64,000 nt of DNA, from positions 3,744,001 through 3,808,000 of the forward strand of contig CBDCXR010000004.1 in the NCBI GenBank assembly GCA_965223845.1. The letters are read 5' to 3'. The notes under the pieces are model-generated. The model saw nothing but the letters and a program-made list of their open reading frames with translations. It was not told where the DNA came from and searched no databases. Of the stretch, positions 1-9,600 are shown in pieces (the stretch's first letter is position 1; the number at the start of each line of letters is the position of its first letter). This DNA comes from Planctomycetota bacterium (GTDB lineage Bacteria > Planctomycetota > UBA8108 > SXIK01). The translations under genes and the position numbers were made by a program.

Positions 1-1470
1 CTCTCCTCCGTGATCCACATGAACGTGCAGAAGCTGTTCCCGGGGATGAAAGTCCGGGGCTGCTACCAGTTTCGCGTGACACGAAACAGCGATCTCTGGA
101 TCGACGAAGAGGAGGTGGAAGACCTCCTCCGGGCCCTCAAGGACGAGCTTCCGGGCCGGCGATTCGGCGGGGCCTCGCGTCTCGAGGTCGCCGAGAACTG
201 CAGCGAGAGTATGTGCGAGTTTCTCCTCACGGAGTTCGACCTCGCGCGGGACGATCTCTATCAGGTGCGCGGTCCGGTCAATCTCCATCGGCTGAGCGCA
301 CTCTACGATCAAGTGGATCGCCCCGACCTCAAGTATCGACCGTTCCTCCCCGGTCGGGTCAGCCCGCCGCGTTCGGACGTGGGAATCTTCGATCGATTGC
401 GACAAGGCGACGTGCTGCTCCACCATCCGTTTCAAACGTTCGCGACCGTCGTCGAGTTTCTCCGCGCCGCCGCACAGGACCCGGATGTACTTGCGATCAA
501 GCAGACGGTCTACCGCACCGAGGCGGATTCGCCGCTCGTCGAGGCGCTCATCGACGCTGCGCGTGCGGGCAAGGAAGTGACCGCGGTCGTCGAGCTGCGC
601 GCTCGCTTCGACGAGGCCGCGAACATCGATCTCGCGACGCGGCTTCAGGAGGCCGGCGCCAAGGTCGTCTACGGCGTCGTCGGCTACAAGACACACTGCA
701 AGCTCCTCCTCGTCGTCCGCCGCGAAGGGAACCGGCTTCGGCGCTACGCTCACCTCGGCACGGGCAACTACCATAGCGGTACGGCCCGGGCGTACACAGA
801 CCTCGGGATTATCACGCACGACCCGAAGATGACCGAAGACGTGCACCACGTCTTTCAGCAGCTCACCGGGCTCGGCAAGGTCAAAGGTCTCGACAAGCTC
901 CTCCAGGCACCGTTCACGCTCCACACGACGTTTCTCGAGCTCATCGACTTCGAAATCGACCAGGCCCGAGCCGGGAAGAAAGCGCGAATCATCGCGAAGA
1001 TGAATTCGCTCGTCGAGCCGGAAATCATCCGCGCTCTCTATCGCGCGTCGCAGGCCGGCGTCCGCATCGACCTGATCGTCCGCGGTATCTGCAGTCTCCG
1101 CCCGGGAGTCCCGGGTCTCTCGGAGACGATCCGGGTTCGATCGGTTCTCGGTCGATTCCTCGAACATCCGCGGGTGGTCTACTTTCACCACGGCGGTCGC
1201 GACGTGACCTACTGCGGCAGCGCTGACTGGATGCCGCGAAATTTCTTCAGCCGGGTCGAAATCTGTTTCCCGATTGAGGACAAGAGCCTCCGCCGGCGCG
1301 TCGTCGACGAGACGCTCTCCGCGTACCTCCGCGATACGCGCAGTACGTGGGAACTTCAAAGCGACGGCAGCTATCGTCGCGTCCGGCCGAAGCCCGATGT
1401 GGCTCCGTTCAGCGCGCAGGAGCACCTCCTCGAGACTCTGTCCGACACGCCGCGCCTCCACGAGCAGTAG
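1..1470 (+). CDS. ppk1: Polyphosphate kinase 1, 5'-truncated by the window edge
   Basis: Motifs FRVTRNSD, LLHHPF, AIKQTVYRT, ELRARFDEAANI, KTHCK, HLGTGNY, GRFLEH, GSADWMPRN. The frame is open back to position 1. Confidence 0.97.
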   Translation, partial: LSSVIHMNVQKLFPGMKVRGCYQFRVTRNSDLWIDEEEVEDLLRALKDELPGRRFGGASRLEVAENCSESMCEFLLTEFDLARDDLYQVRGPVNLHRLSALYDQVDRPDLKYRPFLPGRVSPPRSDVGIFDRLRQGDVLLHHPFQTFATVVEFLRAAAQDPDVLAIKQTVYRTEADSPLVEALIDAARAGKEVTAVVELRARFDEAANIDLATRLQEAGAKVVYGVVGYKTHCKLLLVVRREGNRLRRYAHLGTGNYHSGTARAYTDLGIITHDPKMTEDVHHVFQQLTGLGKVKGLDKLLQAPFTLHTTFLELIDFEIDQARAGKKARIIAKMNSLVEPEIIRALYRASQAGVRIDLIVRGICSLRPGVPGLSETIRVRSVLGRFLEHPRVVYFHHGGRDVTYCGSADWMPRNFFSRVEICFPIEDKSLRRRVVDETLSAYLRDTRSTWELQSDGSYRRVRPKPDVAPFSAQEHLLETLSDTPRLHEQ

Positions 1471-1476
1471 CCAATC

Positions 1477-2370
1477 TTGTTCGAAGCTCTCGACAGCCCG
1501 TATCTCGTCCCGTCGAGCGGCTCGTTTCGCGTCGCCGACGCGCCGACCGCACCGGACGACGACGCCCCGTCGAAGAAGAAGAGCCGTAAGCTCCTCGACG
1601 AGATCATCGGACGACTGCGAGAGGCTCAGCGACGGCTCTACGCGCAGGACAAGTACTCGCTCCTCCTCGTGTTTCAGGCGATGGACGCAGCGGGAAAAGA
1701 CGGGACCATCCGCGCCGTCATGAGCGGCGTCAATCCCGCCGGCTGTCAGGTCTTCTCGTTCAAGAAGCCGTCGACGAAGGAGCTCGATCACGATTTCCTC
1801 TGGCGTTCGAGCCTCTGCCTCCCCGAACGTGGGCGCATCGGGATCTTCAACCGGAGCTACTACGAGGAGGTGCTGGTCGTTCGTGTGCACCCCGAGTTTC
1901 TCGAGGCGCAGCGACTCCCCGAGACGCCTCCGCTCGGCGCGCTGTGGAACGAGCGCTTCGAGTCGATTCGCGATCACGAAAAGCACCTCGCACGAAACGG
2001 AACGATCATCCTCAAGTTTTGGCTCAACGTATCGCGCGACGAGCAGCGTCGACGCTTCCTCGCGCGCATCGAGAATCCGGAGAAGAACTGGAAGTTCTCC
2101 GCGCGAGACGTACGGGAGAGCGAGCGCTGGGAATCGTACATGGAAGCCTACGAGGAGGCGCTCAACGCGACCTCGCGTCCGTGGGCACCGTGGTACGCGA
2201 TTCCCGCAGACAACAAGCCCTTCATGCGTCTCACCGTGGCGCGCATCATCGACGAGACGCTCGAGAGCCTCCCGCTCGACTATCCCGACGTCGATCCCGA
2301 GGACCAGGCCGAACTCGATGCGATGCGAGTCCGCTTGAAGTCGGAACTGGGAGAGCGCGAGTCCGAGTAG
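1477..2370 (+). CDS. ppk2: Polyphosphate kinase 2 family (class III-like polyphosphate:nucleotide phosphotransferase)
   Basis: QAMDAAGKDG Walker A, SFKKPS, ELDHDFLWR, IFNRSYYEEVL, PWYAIPADNK. Starts 6 nt after ppk1. Confidence 0.95.
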   Translation: MFEALDSPYLVPSSGSFRVADAPTAPDDDAPSKKKSRKLLDEIIGRLREAQRRLYAQDKYSLLLVFQAMDAAGKDGTIRAVMSGVNPAGCQVFSFKKPSTKELDHDFLWRSSLCLPERGRIGIFNRSYYEEVLVVRVHPEFLEAQRLPETPPLGALWNERFESIRDHEKHLARNGTIILKFWLNVSRDEQRRRFLARIENPEKNWKFSARDVRESERWESYMEAYEEALNATSRPWAPWYAIPADNKPFMRLTVARIIDETLESLPLDYPDVDPEDQAELDAMRVRLKSELGERESE

Positions 2371-2410
2371 GGCGACAGCCCGACTTGAGGTTCGGCCCCT
2401 TCGCGTCGAT

Positions 2411-5400
2411 TCAATCGAGGAGGAGCGCCTTCAGGTCGTCGAGCCCGATTCCCGCGAGCGGGTCCTCCCCATCCTTCGCGAGGAGCCGATCGGCGAGGTC
2501 GCGCTTCGCGTCCTGGAGGTCTTGGATACGCTCCTCGATGCTGTCGCGCACGATCAAGCGGTGCACGTGAACCGGCAGCTCTTGGCCCATCCGGTGCGCG
2601 CGGGCGACCGCCTGCTCCTCGGTCTGCGGATTCCACCACGGATCGTAGAGAATCACCGTGTCCGCGCCGGTGAGATTGAGCCCGTGTCCGCCCGCCTTGA
2701 GGCTGATGAGAAACACCGGGATCGACGCGTCCGACTCGAACCGCCGCACCTCCGCTTCCCGGTCTCGCGTCGAGCCGTCGAGTCGACAACGCGGCATGCC
2801 GATCTCATCGAGGCGTTCTTCGATCAGATCGAGCATCGAGGTGAACTGACTGAAAACGAGCGCACGATGCTCTTCCTCGACGCACTCTTCGAGGAGCTCG
2901 AAGAGGAGCTCGAATTTTCCGCTCGACGCCGCAGCGCCGTCGCCGACGGACGCGGCGAGCTCGCCGAGAGTCCCTTCGTCGGCGACGAGACGCGGGTGAC
3001 AGCAGACCTGACGGAGTCGAGTCAGCGCCGCGAGGATCGCAAACCGGCCCCGCTGACCGTCGGCCTGTTCGGCCGCGGCGCGCGCTTCGACCAGCTGCGC
3101 CTCGTAAAGCCCCCGCTGCAGATCGAGCATCGGAACTCGCTCGGTCTGCTCGATTCGAGGCGGCAACTCGGCGAGGACCTGATCCTTCGTTCGCCGAAGG
3201 ACGAAGGGCCGCACGCGCCGGCGCAGGCGCTCGACGGCGCCGGTGTCGCCGCGGTCGGCCGGATCGCGAAACTCGTCCTGAAACTCGCGTCGCGAACCGA
3301 GAACCTCCGGCGACACGAAACGAAAGACACTCCACAGCTCGCCGAGATGGTTCTCGACTGGAGTGCCGGTGAGCGCCCAGCGCTCGTCGGCCGAGAGCGA
3401 GTACGCCGCCTTAGCGGTCTGGCTCTCCGGGTTTTTTATGTGGTGAGCCTCGTCGAGCACGACGCCGCGAAACGAACGCGCTTCGTAACACTCGCGGTCG
3501 CGACGCAGGAGCGCGTAGGAAGTGACGAGGAGATCGTACTCTCCTCCCGCGATCCTCTCCTCGCGTTCGCGGGCGCGCAGTCCCTGAACGCCCGCGGCAC
3601 GCACACGGGGAAAGAACCGATTGCATTCATCCAGCCAGTTGAACGCGAGGCTCGTCGGACAGACGACGAGGATGGGCGCGCGCAGATCCGCATCCGCGCG
3701 CCCGAAGAAATGCGCGAGCGCCATCACGGTCTTCCCGAGACCCATCTCGTCGGCGAGGATTCCACCGAGGCCCCAAGCGGCGAGGTCACCGAACCACTCG
3801 ACCGCCGCCCGTTGGTACGGACGGAGAAGAGACTCGGTCGCGCCCTCGAGAGTCTGCACTCGTTCACCGCCGCCGGGAGTCGAGCGACGAAGCCGCGCGA
3901 AGAGCGACTCTACGCTCGCGGTCGCTTCGATCTCGACATCCTCGCCCGAATCGAGCACGGCTCCGATCGAGTAGGCCGGAACTCGAACCGGGCCGTCGTG
4001 AGAGATTTCGTTTCCCGCGGCCCGGGCCGAGCGGAGGATCTCGATCACGTCCCGAAGCGCCGTGTGATCGAGCGAGAGAACGGTTTCGTCGGCGAGGCGG
4101 AGCACGCCGTTCGATCCCGATCGCTCGAACGCGTCGACGAGCTCGCCCCCATCGACGTCGAGGCGGCGGCCTCCGTCGGAGAGCTCGAACGAAACCTCGA
4201 GCCACCCCGCTCCACCCGATTCGGGAGGCTCGCCATCGATGCGCAACGCGACTCGCGGTGCACGGTGCACGAGATCGAAGGCTCGCACCTCGTCGGGCCA
4301 CTCGATGCGCGTTTGACCGCGAAACGTGAGCGCACGCGCGAACGCGTCCTCACCCCGGAGCGTCCACGCGGCGCCGGCTTTCTCGAAGCCGGCGCTTTCG
4401 AGCTCTCGGCGCGCGCGGGCGAGCGACTGACCCGCCGCAGGGAAGCGGCGCACCGTCCCGTCGCGTCGCAGCGTCCACGGAGTCGGACTTTCGGGCGCGT
4501 CGACCCACTCCCCCGCGTAGGCGAACTGAAGCGTGCCGCTGAGCTCTCCGGGGGGGCGCCCGACGACGACGAGTCGAACTTCGTCGACGCCCTCCACCTC
4601 TTCGATGAGCCCGTCCTCGACGACGAGCTCGCTCGGAGTGAGACGCTCGAGTGTTTCCATCCCCGAGACGAGAAAACGATCGAGCTCCTCGCCGTCCGTG
4701 ACGACGAACTCGCTCTCCTGAATCTCGGCGAGGTACGGTCCGGCCGCACCCGCGGCGAGGGGGCGAAACGCGCCGTCCTCGAGCTGTAGCCACGGCGCAA
4801 TCGAAGGCACGAGGATCACTTCATCGAAGGGGACTTCTCGCTCGGACGGCGACACGCAGGCCCAGCGGACGCGGATCACGGCGTCGTCGTCCGCATCGTC
4901 CCCCGCCCGCTCTACCCGCGTGCGAAGGCGCCACGGCTCGCGCTCGACACGAAGCGCTCGTCCGGCGCGGTCGACGAGCGCCTCCGTCCCGGCGCAAAGC
5001 TGAAGCAAGTATCCGAGCGTCTCGGCGTCGAGCTCGCTCCGAAGCTCTCCCGCGCCGGCGATCACGCCTCGAAGCGCTGCGTCGCGCGGGTGCACGCCGA
5101 CTCGTCCGCGTCCGATCCAGCGTTCTAGATCGGGCGTTCGCACTTCGCCCCAACCGTTTTCGCTGCGAAGCTGAAGCGCGACGCGACTCGGAGTCGAGAG
5201 CGACCCGAGCGACAAGAGGAGGACGCGGAGAACGGATCCGTCCGGCGCCGTCGCGATCTCGCTTGCGCCGCCGAAGAGACGCTCGAGGATCGGCCCCTCC
5301 CCGAGGTCGAGCGCTCCGAGATCGAGGGAGGCCGTCTCGCGAGAGCTTCCGCTCGCTTCGCTCGGCTGCGCGCTCTCCCGCCTCGCATCGTTCGATCTCG

Positions 5401-5743
5401 CGCTGCGCGGTTCGTCGGCATCGGGCACCGACTCTCCCGCGGCGATGCGCTTCAAGTACTCGAGGGCGACGACTTGATGGCGACAGAAGCCGTCCAAGCG
5501 GTACGGGCAAGCGCAGCGGGACTGGACGCGCCCGTCGAATTCCTTCCTCACGTTCACGAAGAACTTCCGCGCATCGCGCGGATCGAGAACGATCACGCGA
5601 ACCGTCGAATCCTGCCCCATGGCGATGTCCTGCACGGCACCGCGCCGGAAGAGCTCCTGGCCTTGGTCCCATATGTAGGGATCGAGCCTCGCCTGGAGCA
5701 CGCGGAGCGCTTCGTCGACTTTCCACGGGACGTCGTCGTTCAC
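2411..5743 (-). CDS. SNF2-family helicase with an N-terminal SWIM zinc finger
   Basis: CACPYRLDGFCRH (SWIM); LRPYQ, LADEMGLGKT, LDEAHHIKN, LTGTPVEN, FSQFTSML, SLKAGGHGLNL, DPWWNP, RAHRMGQ. Confidence 0.95.
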   Translation of the reverse strand: MNDDVPWKVDEALRVLQARLDPYIWDQGQELFRRGAVQDIAMGQDSTVRVIVLDPRDARKFFVNVRKEFDGRVQSRCACPYRLDGFCRHQVVALEYLKRIAAGESVPDADEPRSARSNDARRESAQPSEASGSSRETASLDLGALDLGEGPILERLFGGASEIATAPDGSVLRVLLLSLGSLSTPSRVALQLRSENGWGEVRTPDLERWIGRGRVGVHPRDAALRGVIAGAGELRSELDAETLGYLLQLCAGTEALVDRAGRALRVEREPWRLRTRVERAGDDADDDAVIRVRWACVSPSEREVPFDEVILVPSIAPWLQLEDGAFRPLAAGAAGPYLAEIQESEFVVTDGEELDRFLVSGMETLERLTPSELVVEDGLIEEVEGVDEVRLVVVGRPPGELSGTLQFAYAGEWVDAPESPTPWTLRRDGTVRRFPAAGQSLARARRELESAGFEKAGAAWTLRGEDAFARALTFRGQTRIEWPDEVRAFDLVHRAPRVALRIDGEPPESGGAGWLEVSFELSDGGRRLDVDGGELVDAFERSGSNGVLRLADETVLSLDHTALRDVIEILRSARAAGNEISHDGPVRVPAYSIGAVLDSGEDVEIEATASVESLFARLRRSTPGGGERVQTLEGATESLLRPYQRAAVEWFGDLAAWGLGGILADEMGLGKTVMALAHFFGRADADLRAPILVVCPTSLAFNWLDECNRFFPRVRAAGVQGLRAREREERIAGGEYDLLVTSYALLRRDRECYEARSFRGVVLDEAHHIKNPESQTAKAAYSLSADERWALTGTPVENHLGELWSVFRFVSPEVLGSRREFQDEFRDPADRGDTGAVERLRRRVRPFVLRRTKDQVLAELPPRIEQTERVPMLDLQRGLYEAQLVEARAAAEQADGQRGRFAILAALTRLRQVCCHPRLVADEGTLGELAASVGDGAAASSGKFELLFELLEECVEEEHRALVFSQFTSMLDLIEERLDEIGMPRCRLDGSTRDREAEVRRFESDASIPVFLISLKAGGHGLNLTGADTVILYDPWWNPQTEEQAVARAHRMGQELPVHVHRLIVRDSIEERIQDLQDAKRDLADRLLAKDGEDPLAGIGLDDLKALLLD

Positions 5744-5992
5744 CGCGCGAGCCCCCGAGTGCGACTCCGCGGATCAGAACGCGAAGAACGAGGGGGAGTC
5801 GCGAGCGCAAACTCGTTTCCGATGCCGTTCCCGACACTCACTACGACTCTCGCCAAAACCATCAATTCGGGGATGACCTGATTCGCATCGCGGTATTCGC
5901 CGACGGTCCGACCGGCCCGGCGTTTCCTCGCGCGCGAAAGCGCAAACGATCTTGAGGAAGCGACGTCGGCCGAGCGCATTCGAGGCGACGAT

Positions 5993-6409
5993 TCAGAACA
6001 CCGATACAAGGATCCGCCGCGCCGAAGGATGGTCGCGGTGCTCCCACAGATAGATGCCCTGCCACGTCCCTAGCGCGAGTCGACCGCGCGCGACGGGCAC
6101 GGAGAGACTCACGTCCGTCAACACCGACTTAATGTGCGACGGCATGTCATCCGGCCCCTCGGCCGTGTGACGATAGTACGGCTCGTTCTCCGGCGCGATG
6201 CGGTCGAAGAACCGCTCGAGATCGCCTCTCGCGCTCGGATCCGCGTTCTCGTTGATGATGAGACTCGCGGAGGTGTGTTGGACGAAGACGTTGCACATCC
6301 CGTCGGACACTCCGCTCGCTCCGACGACGGCGCTGACCGATGACGTGATCTCGTGGAGGCCGCGGCGCGGCGCTCGCACCTCGATCACATCGCGATGGAC
6401 GGTGTTCAT
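5993..6409 (-). CDS. yjbQ: YjbQ/UPF0047 family (secondary thiamine-phosphate synthase)
   Basis: HTSASLIINENADP, HTAEGPDDMPSHIKS, LGTWQGIYLWEHR. Confidence 0.95.
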   Translation of the reverse strand: MNTVHRDVIEVRAPRRGLHEITSSVSAVVGASGVSDGMCNVFVQHTSASLIINENADPSARGDLERFFDRIAPENEPYYRHTAEGPDDMPSHIKSVLTDVSLSVPVARGRLALGTWQGIYLWEHRDHPSARRILVSVF

Positions 6410-6689
6410 GGCGCTGCATTATGGCGAGTCGCGAGCCGGATTCAAAGGCGGCGCCGGACCGAGGTCGAGCGAGCTCGTCCCCGCGGCCCCGAAGCCGGCG
6501 ACCCGGTCGGATCGCTCGAGATTCCACGGCGCGGCCGAATGCGAGGCAGACTCTGAACGAACGTCTCCCGGTCGCGAGCGGCGAAAGCGGAGCGTCCCGA
6601 AAGTCCGCCGTTGCAAGCGCGACGAGAGCCCCTCAGACTGAACATCGAACCTCGAAAAACTGCTCGTACTCGACCACGGAGCCCGGTTC

Positions 6690-9600
6690 GTGCAGGCCCG
6701 AATCGCGTCGTCTTCCCTCGCCGCCGGGATCGTCCCGAGCGGCTCAGCTCGGGACCGCTCGCACCGGCGGTTGCCTAGCGCGGCGTCGTGGCTCGTGTTC
6801 GTCGCCTTGGCCGCGGGTTTGCCGTCCCTCAACGCCGCGCCGTGGGTCGTCGTCACGGAGATTCACTACCATCCGGCCGAAGGCGACGCTCTCGAGTTCG
6901 TCGAGATCCTCAATCGCGAGCCGCCGCGGGTGCGGCTCGGCGGTTGGAGTCTGGACGGAGAGGTGACGTTTCTCTTTCCGGACGACACTCTCGTCCTTCC
7001 GGGCGAGCGCATCGTCGTCGCGCGCAATCCCGCGGCGTTCCGCCTCCGCTACCCCGGTGCTCGCAAGGTCTACGGCCCCTACCGCGGGAAGCTGGACAAC
7101 AACGGCGGCCGGCTCGTCCTTCGCAACCGCACCGGCGCGAAGATGAGCGAAGCGCGCTACCGTCGGGGCGGGCGGTGGCCGAGCGCGCCGGACGGATTCG
7201 GCCACACCCTCAGCCTCGAGAGTCCGTACCTCGATCCCACGCTCGCGGAAAACTGGCAGAGCAGCTCTCGCATCGGAGGCACGCCCGGCGCACCGAACGG
7301 CTTCTCGGACGAATCCACCGGGGAGCTCATCGTCCGCGCGGGAGATACGTGGCGCTACTCGCACGGCGACGTCGCGCCGCGTCCGACTTGGTTCCGTTCG
7401 GACTTCGACGACTCCCGTTGGTCCGAAGGCCCCTCGGGCCTCGGCTACGGCGATGGAGACGACGCGACCGAGCTCCCGGCGATGCGCGGGAACTACGCGT
7501 CGCTCTTCACTCGGCACTCGTTCGAGGTCGACTCCCCGGAGAGCTTCGCGAGCCTCATCCTTCGGGTCGACTACGACGACGGGTTCGTCGCGTATCTCAA
7601 CGGTAAGGAAGTCGCGCGGGCGAATCTCGGTGTTCCAGGCGAGACGATCGACTTCGACCGTTTCGCCGACAGCGCGCACGAAGCAGGGTCGCCCGGTGAG
7701 TTTCTCATCGGTGCGGCGACCGACGTTTTAAAGGACGGGACGAATGTCCTCGCCGTGCAGGCTCACAACGACGATCTCTACTCGACCGACCTCACACTCA
7801 TCGTCGAGCTGGAGAGCCGTGAGGTCGAGTCGCGCGTCCGCCCGGTGCTCCCACCGCGTATCAACGAGGTTCGCCTCCCGCGCGCAGGCGGCGACCCGGG
7901 GTTCGTCGAGATTTACAACCCCTCGCACGTCCCACTCTCTCTCGCCGGCTACGCGCTCACCGACGATCCGTTCGCGCCGGCGAAGCTGCCGCTCGAGATC
8001 GAAAAGCGCGTTCCTCCGGGCACTTGGATCCGCGTCGACGAGATCGGCGGCTTATTCGCGCCCGAGAAAGACGGCGGAGAGCCGAAGAATCGGCTCTCTC
8101 TCGCCCTCACGCGCCCGGCCGACGGCGTCGTTACCGATGTCTTTCGCTTCGATCGACCGGAGGGGGAGCGGCAGTCGGCCGGACGCTTTCCGGACGGCGA
8201 CGGATCGATTTACACCCTCGAGAAGCCGTCTCCCGGCGAGCGCAATCGCGCCGAGGTGACGGACGCGCTGGTCATCAACGAGATCATGTACGCTCCACTC
8301 CACGGCGGGGACGAGCGAGAGTACATCGAGATCTACTGCCGCGGTCGATCCGCGCTGCCACTCGCTGGGTTTCGATTGAGCGGCGCCGTCAAGTTCGAGT
8401 TCGCTTCCGACGTGGTTGCGAAGCCTGGGGAGTATCTCCTCGTCGCGAAGAAGCCCGAGGAGATCGCTCGGGTGTACGGACTCTCGCGGTCCGCGGTCCT
8501 CGGGCCGTACAAGGGGAAACTCGGTGATCGTCGGGAGGAAGTGCGGCTCCGCGACTCCCGCGGGTTCGTCATCGACCGCGTCGCGTACGCCGATCGCTCT
8601 CCTTGGCCGCGCGCCGCGGACGGGATGGGGAGCAGTCTCGAGCTCATCCATCCGGAGTTGGACAATGCGCTCCCCGCAGCGTGGGCAGCGAGCACGGAGG
8701 GCGACAAGGCTCCGTGGCAGACGTTTCGGTACGCGAAGCCTCACTCTCCGGTGAACACCGGGATCCGAAGCCAGGAGCTGCAGCTCATGCTCCTAGCGGA
8801 GGGAGAGTGTTTCATCGACGGAGTGCGCTTCGGCGCACGCGGAAACATTCTCTCCGATGGCGATTTCAAGCGGGGAGGTGACGATTGGCAGGCGCTCGGC
8901 ACTCACGGCCGCTCACGCCCCGTCGACGCCGGCAGAAAGAGCCGAGACACGTATTTCCACCTCATCGCCGACGGCCGGGGGAACCCGCGCTACAACTACG
9001 TCACGCTCGCGCTCGACCCCACGCTCAAGCACGGTGCGAAGTACCAGATGGCGTTCTCCGCTCGCTGGCAGAGCGGGAGCCCTCTTCTGCTCACGCGCAT
9101 CGCCGGTCAGAGCGTCGCGCAGGTTCACCGGCTGAAGGTTCCCGAACGGCTCGGTACCCCGGGGAAGCCGAACAGTCGCTTTTCGGAGCGACCGATGCCG
9201 GTCGTCGGAATCCCCCGGCAGTTCCCGATCGTACCGACAACGGAACAGGAAGCGACGTTCGACGTAGCGATTTCGGCGCGCGATCGCGTGACGAGCGCCG
9301 CGCTCCACTTTCGTCCCGAAGGCGAGGCGAACTGGAACGCGCGGCCGCTCGCGGAAGTTCGACGGGGAAGCGGCATCTGGTCCGGATCGCTTCCGCGTCT
9401 CCCCGCCGGCAAGGTCGAGTTTTGGATCGGCGCGACGGACTCGCGCGGCGCGGTGGGCACGTTTCCCGCGAGCAGCGAGTCGGAGCGCGCGCTCGACGGC
9501 ACTCCGCACGACACCGCACTCTACGCGGTCGGCCTCATTCCGAGCTCCCGTCTGCCGACGATCACGCTTCTCGTGAGCGACGACGAATGGGGCGCGCTCC

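Noticed and set aside
2522-4789. Long antisense and alternate-frame ORFs (e.g. 2522-4789, 23453-24976, 30998-32554, 56275-58032, 62148-63578)
   Set aside because: Shadow ORFs caused by high GC and codon bias. They overlap well-supported genes and give Arg/Ala/Pro-rich sequence without motifs.
2411-5743. SNF2 helicase as an anti-phage defence gene
   Set aside because: It has the ordinary SWIM-SNF2 architecture, with no methylase, nuclease or other defence neighbours.
5868-5890. GGGGATGACCTGATTCG resembles a tmRNA 5' end
   Set aside because: There is no matching T-arm/CCA 3' end or tag ORF at the expected distance, which falls inside yjbQ.
6570-6610. GCGAAAGC..CCGAAAG resembles a c-di-GMP-I riboswitch
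   Set aside because: It lacks the GGCAAAC..GAAA..GACGCAAAG consensus and the P1 pairing.
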